Positions 17,926 to 26,958 of a stretch of DNA of 64,000 bases are shown one piece after another. The notes beneath the pieces were generated by a model. It worked only from the letters and a program-made list of their open reading frames with translations. It did no database searches and had not been told where the DNA came from. Source of the DNA: Candidatus Saccharimonadales bacterium (GTDB lineage: Bacteria > Patescibacteriota > Saccharimonadia > Saccharimonadales > DASZAF01); assembly GCA_035480055.1 (NCBI GenBank), contig DATIIB010000009.1, positions 85,068-149,067 of the forward strand. The letters run 5' to 3'. Position 1 is the stretch's first letter. Every line of letters starts with the position of its first letter. A program made the translations under genes and the position numbers.

Positions 17926-20900
17926 ATGAGCAAGTTTAGCACCACCGCCAGCATTGCTGATTTTGACGCAGTGCGCCTGGCCGTTGCCTCGAGCGACGAC
18001 ATTAAATCTTGGTCATATGGCGAGGTCACCAAGCCAGAAACCATTAACTACCGAACCCAAAAACCAGAACGTGACGGGCTGTTCTGTGAACGAATCTTTG
18101 GACCAGTCAAAGACATTTCGCCTCATGACGCCAAGCTCAAAGGTGTTCGTAGCCGCGAAGTCGCGGTGGATAAGAACGGTGAGATCGTTACCAAGAGTAT
18201 TGTCCGCCGTGAGCGAATGGGTCACATCACCCTGGCTGCTCCTGTGGCTCACATTTGGTTCCTGCGCGGCACTCCAAGCGCCATCGGTTTGCTGCTGGGA
18301 ATGACCGTCAAGAACCTGGAGCGCGTTGCATACTTTGCCAGCTACATCATTATGGGTGTCGACACGGCCAAGCGCGACCAGCTGTTAGCTGATGCTGAAG
18401 CTGAGCTCGAGGTCAAGAAAAACGAGATCAAAAAGAAATTCGAAGAAATGGCCGAAGCCCCAGAAGCGAATGTCAAAGCTTTGGCTGAACAACAGACCAA
18501 AGAGCTGGCTGAAGCTGAAGAAGTGTACCTCGAGCAAAAGAATCAGCTTGAGAGTCTTGAGAAGTGTCGTTTGATTAGCGAGACTGATTTCCGCAACTTG
18601 CCAAGCGAATACCGCGCGATTACCAAAGTTGGTATGGGCGGTGAATCGCTGAAGGCACTGTTGGACGAGATCAAACTCGACAACTTAATCAAAGAACTGA
18701 CCGAGGAAGCTGAAGCTGCCAAGGGTCAACGCCACAAGAAGATCATGAAGCGGCTTAAGATGCTGGAAGGCATGCACCGCGCCGGCATCCAGCCATCAAG
18801 CATGTGTGTCGCTATATTGCCAGTGATTCCTCCAGACCTGCGACCTATGGTGCAGCTGACCGGCGGACGATTTGCCACTAGCGACCTCAACGACCTTTAT
18901 CGCCGCGTCATCAACCGTAACAATCGTTTGAAGAAGCTGATGGAGCTCAATGCCCCAGAAGTAATTCGCCGTAACGAAATGCGCATGCTTCAAGAAGCGG
19001 TTGACGCGCTTATCGACAACAACGCTGCCCGTGGTGGCCGCGCTGTCTCAACTGCCGGTGGTCGCCGTCGCTTGAAGAGCCTGAGCGATATGCTCAAGGG
19101 TAAGCAGGGACGTTTCCGCCAGAACTTGCTGGGTAAGCGTGTGGACTACTCTGGTCGTTCAGTTATTGTGGCCGGTCCAGAGCTCAAGATTAGCCAATGT
19201 GGATTGCCAAAGCTGATGGCTCTCGAACTCTTTAAGCCGTTCGTGATCAACTATCTGCTGCAACACGACCACGCTCACAACATTAAGAGCGCGACTCGTT
19301 TGATCGAGTCTGGTAACACCGTGATTTGGGACGCGCTTGATGAAGTGATTAAGGGCAAGTACGTGCTGCTGAACCGTGCGCCAACCCTGCACCGTCTGTC
19401 AATCCAGGCCTTTATGCCGAAGCTGATCGAAGGTAAAGCTATTCAGCTGCACCCACTGGTATGTAAAGGTTTCAACGCCGACTTCGATGGTGACCAGATG
19501 GCCGTACACCTTCCGCTCAGCGACGCTGCGCAAAAAGAAGCGGCAGAGCTGATGTCAGCGACCAAGAACTTGCTGAAGCCAGCCGATGGTTCACCAGTAT
19601 TGAACATTTCGCAGGACATCGTCCTCGGGTGTTACTACCTGACCTATCCAAAGCCAAGCGCCCAGACTGAGCTCAAGCTCTACTCGAGCATTCACGAAGC
19701 CATCTTTGCGTATGACAAAGGCTTGATCAAACTCCAAAGCCCCATTCGCATTCCTGTAAAGGGTGAAGCTCGCGAGACAACTCTTGGCCGATTCTTCTTT
19801 AACGAAGCCTTGCCCGCTGACATGGCTTACCAAGAAGATGTCATGACCAAGAAGAAACTCAACCGAGTTCTCTCAATGGTCTTCCAACAGTACGGCCAGG
19901 ATCGCACTGCCGAGATTGCCGACGAGCTGAAAGATCTTTCGCTCAAGTACGCCACCGAAGCTGCGGTGTCGACCGGTATGACCGACTACTTTGAAGTCGA
20001 CTGGTTAGAGGACATGATTAGCGATGGGGATACCCGCGCTAAAGAAATTCACGACCAGTACGAAATGGGTCTGATTACCGATGAAGAGCGGTACAGCCTG
20101 ACCGTTGGCGCATGGCGTAGCGTGGACAAACAAGTTTCTGACCGTTTGCAGGAAGAGCTGAAGAACCAAGATACCTCGATCGCCGTAATGGTTGACTCAG
20201 GTGCTCGTGGTGACCTCAGTAACGTCAAGCTGGCTGCGGCCATGATTGGTGTCATGGTTGACGCTACCGGTCGTGAGATTGAGCTGCCAATTCGCTCCAG
20301 CTACAAGAAGGGCCTGAGCCCACTTGAATCCTTTGTTGCCACCCGTGGTACACGTAAAGGTCTGATTGACACCGCCCTTAAGACTGCCGACTCGGGGTAC
20401 CTGACTCGTCGTCTGGTGGATGTGAGCCAAGATATCTTTACCGTGACTGACGAAAGCGACGACCCTGGCTTTGCGATCCTCCGATCCGAAGCTGAAGAAA
20501 CAATGGTGAGCTTTGCCGATCGTTTGTACGGTCGCTGTGCTGCCGAAGACATTAAGGTTGCTGGTAAGGTTGTTGTCTCTCGTGGCGACATCATCACTCG
20601 TGACGTTGCTGATGCAATCGAAGCGAGCGATTTGCAAGAAGCCAAGATTCTCAGCATCTTAACCGACACCAGCTTGCGTGGCATTAGCCTCAAGAGCTAC
20701 GGTATCGACATGGCTACTGGCGTTATGGTCAAAGCCTACGAACCAGTTGGTGTCATCGCCGCCCAGTCGGTTGGTGAGCCTGGTACGCAGCTTACCCTGA
20801 ACACCTTCCACGCCTCAGGTGTGGCTGGTGAAGACATTACTCAGGGTCTGCCACGTGTTGAAGAGCTCTTTGAAGCTCGGACGCCAAAAGGTCAGGCATA

Positions 20901-21711
20901 CTTGAGTGAAGTCACTGGTGACGCAGAAGTGTGGGAAAACGGCGACGTCTATGTCGTGCAAATAACCCCAAGCGAAAGCAAGACCGAAACCTTGGAACTC
21001 GATGGCCGCATTGCCCGCATCAAATCTGGCAGCGACGTGCGAGCCGGTGATGTTCTTGCTTCTGATGATGACGAAAGCCGTCCATTGGTTGCACCATTTG
21101 ATGGCAAAGTTCATGTCACCAAGAAGCAAATTGTACTGACCGCTGGTGCAACCGCACCTGTTCGCTACGAAATCCCTGGCTTCAAGCAGCTTACCGTCCA
21201 GAGCAACGATCACGTACATGCAGGCGACCGCCTGACTACTGGTTCGATCAACCTGCACGATCTGCTTCGCCTAAAGGGCATCGAAGCCACAGAGCGTTAC
21301 ATCATCAACGAAGTACTGCGCATCTACGCTGCCCAAGGTCAGGACATCTCGGCCAAGCACCTTGAGGTGATCGTCCGTCAGATGTTCAGCCGCGTGCAGA
21401 TCGAAGACCCAGGCGACAGCTTGTTTGTCACTGGCGACATCGTCAGTAAAGCGGCAGTGATTGAAGCCAGTAACCTGCTCACCAAGGATAGCAAGCAGCC
21501 TGTTGAATTCACACAGCTCCTGCTGGGTATCACCAAGGTGTCGACATGGTCTGACTCATTCCTGTCAGCTGCCTCGTTCCAAGACACGACCCGCGTGCTC
21601 ATCAACGCCGCCACTAGTGGTAAAGTTGATAAGCTCTACGGTCTGAAAGAGAACGTGATTATCGGCCGCAAAATTCCGGTCGGTACTGGCGCTCGGGATA
21701 TCAAGGAGTAA
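17926..21711 (+). CDS. rpoC: DNA-directed RNA polymerase subunit beta'
   Basis: The ATG at 17926 lies 1 nt after the rpoB stop and follows a GGAGGAGG SD. The sequence includes MSKFSTTASIADFDAVRLAVASSDDI, the catalytic NADFDGDQM motif and further conserved blocks. The longer ORF from 17740 would overlap rpoB. Confidence 0.97.
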   Translation: MSKFSTTASIADFDAVRLAVASSDDIKSWSYGEVTKPETINYRTQKPERDGLFCERIFGPVKDISPHDAKLKGVRSREVAVDKNGEIVTKSIVRRERMGHITLAAPVAHIWFLRGTPSAIGLLLGMTVKNLERVAYFASYIIMGVDTAKRDQLLADAEAELEVKKNEIKKKFEEMAEAPEANVKALAEQQTKELAEAEEVYLEQKNQLESLEKCRLISETDFRNLPSEYRAITKVGMGGESLKALLDEIKLDNLIKELTEEAEAAKGQRHKKIMKRLKMLEGMHRAGIQPSSMCVAILPVIPPDLRPMVQLTGGRFATSDLNDLYRRVINRNNRLKKLMELNAPEVIRRNEMRMLQEAVDALIDNNAARGGRAVSTAGGRRRLKSLSDMLKGKQGRFRQNLLGKRVDYSGRSVIVAGPELKISQCGLPKLMALELFKPFVINYLLQHDHAHNIKSATRLIESGNTVIWDALDEVIKGKYVLLNRAPTLHRLSIQAFMPKLIEGKAIQLHPLVCKGFNADFDGDQMAVHLPLSDAAQKEAAELMSATKNLLKPADGSPVLNISQDIVLGCYYLTYPKPSAQTELKLYSSIHEAIFAYDKGLIKLQSPIRIPVKGEARETTLGRFFFNEALPADMAYQEDVMTKKKLNRVLSMVFQQYGQDRTAEIADELKDLSLKYATEAAVSTGMTDYFEVDWLEDMISDGDTRAKEIHDQYEMGLITDEERYSLTVGAWRSVDKQVSDRLQEELKNQDTSIAVMVDSGARGDLSNVKLAAAMIGVMVDATGREIELPIRSSYKKGLSPLESFVATRGTRKGLIDTALKTADSGYLTRRLVDVSQDIFTVTDESDDPGFAILRSEAEETMVSFADRLYGRCAAEDIKVAGKVVVSRGDIITRDVADAIEASDLQEAKILSILTDTSLRGISLKSYGIDMATGVMVKAYEPVGVIAAQSVGEPGTQLTLNTFHASGVAGEDITQGLPRVEELFEARTPKGQAYLSEVTGDAEVWENGDVYVVQITPSESKTETLELDGRIARIKSGSDVRAGDVLASDDDESRPLVAPFDGKVHVTKKQIVLTAGATAPVRYEIPGFKQLTVQSNDHVHAGDRLTTGSINLHDLLRLKGIEATERYIINEVLRIYAAQGQDISAKHLEVIVRQMFSRVQIEDPGDSLFVTGDIVSKAAVIEASNLLTKDSKQPVEFTQLLLGITKVSTWSDSFLSAASFQDTTRVLINAATSGKVDKLYGLKENVIIGRKIPVGTGARDIKE

Positions 21712-21733
21712 AATCCTTAGATTCCGCTACGAA

Positions 21734-21759
21734 ACGCCTCACGAGAGTGGGGCGTTTTT
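21734..21759 (+). terminator. Intrinsic terminator after rpoC
   Basis: A 9-bp stem, ACGCCTCAC-gaga-GTGGGGCGT (one G-U pair), is followed by TTTT. Confidence 0.7.
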
Positions 21760-21804
21760 GGTATGCTCGCGCTTCTCTACCAAATATTGTATAATATAGA
21801 TACA

Positions 21805-24291
21805 ATGTCGGAACCACAGCAGTATTCTCGAGCTGAAATTATGATGCCCGACGCACCTTGCCTACCTGAAGATACACCTCATGATCGGGTGAGTAAGAAC
21901 GCGGTTGCAGCCGCCGGGCGCGTCTGTCGTAAGTGTGTGTATGTCGATGACTGCAAAGCACAAGCAGAGGACATTACTGCATATCTCGGCGCGTCTGAAC
22001 CGATAACCGTCGGTGGCTTACAGATCCAAGCAACAGAGGCAGACATACTTCTCGCCCAAGCCAAGGAGCCAACTTTCAGATTCACCCCTCCAAGAGTTTC
22101 GCCTCCGACTGAAGAGCCACAATACTTCCGAGTTTTGTATCGTAGTCAAGGAGAGGATCGGCGGCCACTTAACGATACGGAAAGAGATCTCCTCCCCTTA
22201 GCCATGCGAACCGAGGATAAGGAGAGCCCATTTACTCCAGAGGAGAGAACCAAGGTGTACGAAACGGTCACGAGTGTCATCAGTAATGGCAATGGGTTGC
22301 CTGTCTCGGATGTCAACAAAGTAGCCGAAAATATTCTCAAAGACGCTGTCGCTTATATGGGACAAGGCATGGAACGCGAGCATGCTATAGAAAGAGCTCT
22401 AAGGTTTCCGTTTACTTCGGGAGAAACACGGAGCACTCAGGCATTTAACTCCACCAGCAGGATCAACTCTCGAGGACGCCAACGGTCAAAGAACCGTGCA
22501 GAACCGGAGATAATCCTTACGGATAAAGAAATGGATAGCCTGGCCGAGAAACTAAACGCCGAATTACTTGCTCGCACCAGTATCGTCTTAAAGGCTTCTT
22601 TAGCTGCGCAGGTTGGTTTGGATATAACTCGGGGCTACCCGCACTCCAGCTTCCCAGAAATGGTGGCCATACTGCAGAGCGTTGAACAACTCTTTACTCA
22701 AAGAGTGCTTGCAGTGGATGAAGCGACAGGAAAATTGAGTCTCTCCTCAAAGCTAGAATCACTCTCTAGCAGGGAGCGAGAACTTCTCGTTCAACTTCAT
22801 AAACTCTCTGGTATTTTGGGTGAAGCGACTAGCCCAGAATTAAGTGTCACCCAATCCGAAGAGACTGAACTGCAAGGTAAAGTTGCTGATCTGCTCCAGG
22901 AACAACTTCCAGATGATCCCTCTGAGGCACTCACAATGCTACGAGAGACTTCTGTGGGCAGACGACTGGCTTCAAAAATATCACGTAAGTACCTTGTTAC
23001 TTCTATGGCTAACGACTACATTGCCAAATCCAACTATGAGTTAGATGAATCAGGAGAGGAGGTAATCTTGAGACTTGCAAGCTGTCTTTACGCACACGGG
23101 GAACACTCCGGTGCAACGATAGAAGAGCAAAGTCAACAGCTTCATAAGCTTGCGCCTGAACTCTTGAAAGAACTTCTGCAGGTACGAACATTCAATCTTT
23201 CAATAAAAGATTTGGGGCGCCTGACTATGCATTATGGCTTTGCATATGTCGCTGCGTGTTTCGCCGAGTCTGAAGACAATCCTTATGTGTCTAGGAGTGA
23301 CGTGCTACGAGTCTTCGCGAGAGGAGGTGATCCTTTATCGAAGCTACGTGCTATGCCTGAAGCTTTGCTCCAGCTCGCCTCAACGGCAGGTGGACCAGAG
23401 CGAATTTCTCTAACCGCACGTAAATATGCACTCCACAGCGCCGACCCAGAGCGGACACTCGAGCTGTGCGGTCAGCACATTGTTGACTTAGGAAAGAAAT
23501 ATGCGCGTGACAAATTTGTCTCACCGAGCATTATCCGCTTATATTGTTTCACTCAGGCGGAAACTGCCCCAGTGGCGATCGATCGATTTAGGGAGCGCTG
23601 CGCAATGGTCGCTCCGGAGTTTCACAGCGCAGAAGTGACGGATAGAGTTGTCGCTTATTTCTGCCGTCACTTTTCTGACCCAGAAAAAATAATGACAGGT
23701 ATCATTGAATATCATACTAAATTTGCCCAGCTTAGGGATCAGGTCTGTACGACTGAAAGCGAAGTCGATGAAGATCTCTTGCTGATCATTGCTGAGCACA
23801 GCCCAAACGAGGTACGATGGGGTGTAGAATCATTTTATAAGCGTTACCGAATGCTTCAGGAGAGCATCGGTGAAAAGATTGAGCCACAAATAATCAAAGA
23901 AGTGGTGGCGAGATGTCCACGAAGGACGTTACCAGAACTGCGGCGCATGGCCTTCGGTTACCAAAGAGCAATACTGAGTCTCGATAGCGGAAACCACAGG
24001 ACCTCTTGGCCTTCCTTGCACCCTGATCTTCACGCAGTTGATCCTGCGAATGAGTTAGTCGAAGAAGAAACAACCCAAGAAAGGATTCGCCAGATCATCC
24101 CTCTTCTCTCCAGCCTCACCGAAGAAGAACGACAAGCGGTTGCCTTGGCATACGGCGTGGATGGCCTTATCGAGAGCCAGGAAGGGCTTACTGAAGATGA
24201 GTTAAAAAGATTCTTTACCACCGATAATCTCGTCGCGTATGTCAATCAGACTATTCTCCCTAAGATAAGCAAGCGGCTTACAGAGAGTTAG
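21805..24291 (+). CDS. Hypothetical ~828-aa cytoplasmic protein with an N-terminal WhiB-like Cys motif and a C-terminal sigma-70 region 4 / LuxR-like HTH
   Basis: It has no signal peptide or TM helix. C19-X21-C41-X2-C44-X5-C50 (AAAGRVCRKCVYVDDCKAQA) is followed by ITVGGL. The C-terminus reads LTEEERQAVALAYGVDGL...LTEDELKRFFTTDNLVAYVNQTILPKISKRL. The start could be 21763 or 21805; TATAAT at 21790-21795 favours 21805. Codon usage looks atypical, being rich in AGA/AGG/ATA/CTA/TTA. Confidence 0.75.
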   Translation: MSEPQQYSRAEIMMPDAPCLPEDTPHDRVSKNAVAAAGRVCRKCVYVDDCKAQAEDITAYLGASEPITVGGLQIQATEADILLAQAKEPTFRFTPPRVSPPTEEPQYFRVLYRSQGEDRRPLNDTERDLLPLAMRTEDKESPFTPEERTKVYETVTSVISNGNGLPVSDVNKVAENILKDAVAYMGQGMEREHAIERALRFPFTSGETRSTQAFNSTSRINSRGRQRSKNRAEPEIILTDKEMDSLAEKLNAELLARTSIVLKASLAAQVGLDITRGYPHSSFPEMVAILQSVEQLFTQRVLAVDEATGKLSLSSKLESLSSRERELLVQLHKLSGILGEATSPELSVTQSEETELQGKVADLLQEQLPDDPSEALTMLRETSVGRRLASKISRKYLVTSMANDYIAKSNYELDESGEEVILRLASCLYAHGEHSGATIEEQSQQLHKLAPELLKELLQVRTFNLSIKDLGRLTMHYGFAYVAACFAESEDNPYVSRSDVLRVFARGGDPLSKLRAMPEALLQLASTAGGPERISLTARKYALHSADPERTLELCGQHIVDLGKKYARDKFVSPSIIRLYCFTQAETAPVAIDRFRERCAMVAPEFHSAEVTDRVVAYFCRHFSDPEKIMTGIIEYHTKFAQLRDQVCTTESEVDEDLLLIIAEHSPNEVRWGVESFYKRYRMLQESIGEKIEPQIIKEVVARCPRRTLPELRRMAFGYQRAILSLDSGNHRTSWPSLHPDLHAVDPANELVEEETTQERIRQIIPLLSSLTEEERQAVALAYGVDGLIESQEGLTEDELKRFFTTDNLVAYVNQTILPKISKRLTES

Positions 24292-24305
24292 CGAAGAGCA
24301 AATGC

Positions 24306-24334
24306 TTGTTTTTTGTCCCTGTTTTTGCTATAAT
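24306..24334 (+). promoter_or_regulatory. rpsL-rpsG promoter TTGTTT-17-(TGc)TATAAT
   Basis: The -35-like TTGTTT is at 24306-24311. A 17-nt spacer ends in TGC and the consensus TATAAT is at 24329-24334. The leader to rpsL is ~120 nt. Confidence 0.55.
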
Positions 24335-24456
24335 TCAAGGCGAGTTTCATGCTTATGCGGAGTCAGAAGATCAGGTGTGTACGACTGATTCCTGCAAGCA
24401 CTGATAATAGTAAGTAAGACTGATGTGCTGTCGTCGGTTCACTTAAAAGGAAATCC

Positions 24457-24870
24457 ATGCCAACAATTAATCAACTCGTGCGGAAACCACGCAAGAGCGC
24501 TCGCCAGAAAAGCAAAGCGCCTGCCCTTGGTACCATCCACAACGCCTTGAAGACCCAATACAAAAAGCTGAATGCACCTCTTAAGCGCGGTGTGTGTATT
24601 AAAGTCACGACCAAAACTCCAAAGAAGCCAAACTCAGCGCTGCGTAAAGTAGCTCGTGTTCGTTTGACCAACCAGCAAGAAGTTTGGGCTTACATTGGCG
24701 GCGAAGGTCACAGCCTGCAAGAACACGCTGTGGTGCTTGTCCGTGGTGGCCGTGTGCCTGACCTTCCTGGTGTTCGTTACCACATCGTTCGTGGTGCACT
24801 CGACCTCCAAGGCGTTCAAGGGCGCAAGCAAGGCCGCAGTAAGTACGGCGCAAAGAAGGAGGCTAAGTAA
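24457..24870 (+). CDS. rpsL: 30S ribosomal protein S12
   Basis: It has [12 protein letters not shown] and [15 protein letters not shown]. Confidence 0.97.
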   Translation: MPTINQLVRKPRKSARQKSKAPALGTIHNALKTQYKKLNAPLKRGVCIKVTTKTPKKPNSALRKVARVRLTNQQEVWAYIGGEGHSLQEHAVVLVRGGRVPDLPGVRYHIVRGALDLQGVQGRKQGRSKYGAKKEAK

Positions 24871-25349
24871 TGCCACGCAAAACTACCAAATCCCTGCAAC
24901 GCCGCGTCACTCCTGACCGCAAGTACAACAGCACCCTTGTCCAGCGCATGATCAACAAAAGCATGCTCGATGGCAAAAAACTGCTGGCTGAACGCCACGT
25001 CTATGACGCAATGGAAATTGCTGCCAAAAAACTGAAGAGCGACAATCCTCTCGAAGTCTTTGAAAAAGGCATCAAGAACGTCTACCCACAGATGGAAGTC
25101 AAAAGCCGTCGTGTCGGTGGTGCAAACTACCAAATCCCATTTCCTGTGAGTGGCCAGCGTCAGCTGCACCTCGCGTTTATGTGGTTTGTTGCAGCTGCCC
25201 GCGCTCGCAAAGGTATGCCATACGCTAACCGTTTGGCTGCCGAAATCGTGGACGCCTACAACCAATCTGGTGCTGCCTTCAAGAAGAAGGAAGATACTCA
25301 CCGAATGGCTGACGCCAACCGTGCCTTTGCACACTTTGCTCGAACCTAG
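24870..25349 (+). CDS. rpsG: 30S ribosomal protein S7
   Basis: The start overlaps the rpsL stop (TAATG). The sequence [24 protein letters not shown] ... GGANYQIP is typical of S7. Confidence 0.96.
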   Translation: MPRKTTKSLQRRVTPDRKYNSTLVQRMINKSMLDGKKLLAERHVYDAMEIAAKKLKSDNPLEVFEKGIKNVYPQMEVKSRRVGGANYQIPFPVSGQRQLHLAFMWFVAAARARKGMPYANRLAAEIVDAYNQSGAAFKKKEDTHRMADANRAFAHFART

Positions 25350-25397
25350 GACTGCATAGGACAAAACGAGCTGTGCTTCAAAAGAGCACACTAAAAA

Positions 25398-25422
25398 GGA
25401 GCCGAAACCGGCTCCTTTTTTT
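25398..25422. terminator. Bidirectional intrinsic terminator between convergent rpsG and the 25443-25982 gene
   Basis: A 7-bp GC-rich stem, GGAGCCG-aaac-CGGCTCC, is flanked by AAAAA upstream and TTTTTTT downstream. Confidence 0.75.
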
Positions 25423-25442
25423 GATGGGACTATTCCCGTGGT

Positions 25443-25982
25443 CTACTTCTGCACAGCGCCCTTAATCGCTTGGACGACCTTGCCGCTGTCTTTCAAGTTC
25501 TCCCAGAAGAGGACTTGGTCGCGGGCAATGTACATATTGTCCTCTGGGCCATGCAATTCGTCGCCGAGTTTGGCCAACGAAACCTGGGTGTTCTTGTTGT
25601 CGGCTGGCTGCACGCTTTGTTGCACCTGCAGGTAGTAAATGTTGGTAAGCCGCAATTGCTTACTATTCATGTCGGCTACCTTGCCAAAGTACACCTGGCC
25701 ATTGGTTAAGAAGACAGCTTGATACTGATCTTTCTTGATGCCTGTCATGCCATTTACGTCTTTGTGCTTCATCCACATAAATCCGCCGCAGACAGCGACG
25801 AGTAGTACTACGACAAGTACAATTGTAGGGACAAGAAGACGGAAAGAAGGGCGACGACCACGCATGCGTTCACCTTCGCCGGAAGAATGATGATATTCTT
25901 GCGGGCCTGCTGCTGGCCGCTGGGGCTCAGGACGGCGGGCGTTCTGTGCTGATGGATTGCTTTTAAATTCCATATGCTCCAA
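25443..25982 (-). CDS. Hypothetical single-pass membrane protein
   Basis: A basic, Pro-rich N-terminus is followed by one TM helix (LLVPTIVLVVVLLVAVCGGFMW) and a ~110-aa ectodomain. I recognise no motifs. Confidence 0.7.
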   Translation of the reverse strand: MEHMEFKSNPSAQNARRPEPQRPAAGPQEYHHSSGEGERMRGRRPSFRLLVPTIVLVVVLLVAVCGGFMWMKHKDVNGMTGIKKDQYQAVFLTNGQVYFGKVADMNSKQLRLTNIYYLQVQQSVQPADNKNTQVSLAKLGDELHGPEDNMYIARDQVLFWENLKDSGKVVQAIKGAVQK

Positions 25983-26123
25983 CCTCGTTAATTACCATAT
26001 ACCAACCTAGTGTAGTAGAAAGGACACCTAAGCACAAGCGCCAACGTGATATATTGAGTTAAATGCAACAGTTGACGCAAAATACAGTATAATCATAAAC
26101 AATATGGTGAGGGTACGGCAGCA

Positions 26124-26945
26124 ATGTTGATAAAGTCTTTCTTGTTGGTGACAGGTTTTGCTGTCTCTACGCTGGCTGCTGCACTGACAGGAAGCGCTCA
26201 GGCGCAGAGTGCAACCGCGATCTCGCAAGGTTTTGAGACCAACGATCCAGGCGTGACCGTTGGAGCATTGGTGGTGCTTGAGCCAGGCAAGCAAGGCATT
26301 GTGCATCTCGCCACTCCAGACCAAGTGAGCGGACTGGCAGGCGTGGTTGCAAACAAGCCCTTAGTGGAACTCAGTAGCTCCGGCAAAAGCGTCCAGGTGG
26401 TCACCAGCGGCGTCACCAAAGTGTTGGTCAGTGACATTAATGGTGCAGTTAAAACTGGCGACAAAATAACCGCCTCGCCGATTAGTGGCGTGGGCATGAA
26501 GGCCAACAGCAGTACGCAAATTGTGGGCATCGCCCAGGCTGACCTCCAGAGTGGCGACGTTACCGAACGCACCATCACGGACAAACAAGGCAAGCAGCAG
26601 CAAGTGCATATTGGCGTGATTTCTGTGCAGATAAATATCTCGTACTATATGTCAACTAACGACAAGCGCTCGTTAGTTCCGGCGTTTCTGCAAGGGTTTG
26701 CAAACTCGATCGCGGGCAAAGATGTCTCGATCGCCAGGGTCCTGGCCAGTAGTCTGGTGTTGCTCCTGGGATTTATGAGTATCGCCGTACTTTTGTATGC
26801 TTCTATCCACTCCAGTATTATTTCGATCGGCCGCAATCCGCTCTCTGAGAATGCGGTCCGCAAAAGCCTCTTTGAAGTCGGAGCAATTGCAATTGGTATT
26901 TTGCTAGTTATGCTTATTGCGATATATTTAATCTTGACGACATGA
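26124..26945 (+). CDS. Hypothetical secreted/membrane protein, first gene of the ATPase operon: signal peptide, ~175-aa beta-rich ectodomain, C-terminal two-helix hairpin
   Basis: The signal peptide is MLIKSFLLVTGFAVSTLAAALTGSAQAQ. The C-terminal hairpin has TM1 at ~205-233, the loop SIGRNPLSEN and TM2 at ~248-272 with E251. The next gene starts 13 nt later behind a GGGAGAG SD. A TATAAT at 26088-26093 lies upstream. Confidence 0.75.
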   Translation: MLIKSFLLVTGFAVSTLAAALTGSAQAQSATAISQGFETNDPGVTVGALVVLEPGKQGIVHLATPDQVSGLAGVVANKPLVELSSSGKSVQVVTSGVTKVLVSDINGAVKTGDKITASPISGVGMKANSSTQIVGIAQADLQSGDVTERTITDKQGKQQQVHIGVISVQINISYYMSTNDKRSLVPAFLQGFANSIAGKDVSIARVLASSLVLLLGFMSIAVLLYASIHSSIISIGRNPLSENAVRKSLFEVGAIAIGILLVMLIAIYLILTT

Positions 26946-26958
26946 AGATGGGAGAGAC

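Noticed and set aside
25443-26945. I looked for a hidden ATP synthase a subunit (atpB) in the genes flanking the ATPase operon.
   Set aside because: The 179-aa minus-strand protein has a single TM helix. The 273-aa protein has a signal peptide plus two C-terminal helices. Neither has the 5-6 TM topology or the conserved Arg-containing helix of subunit a.
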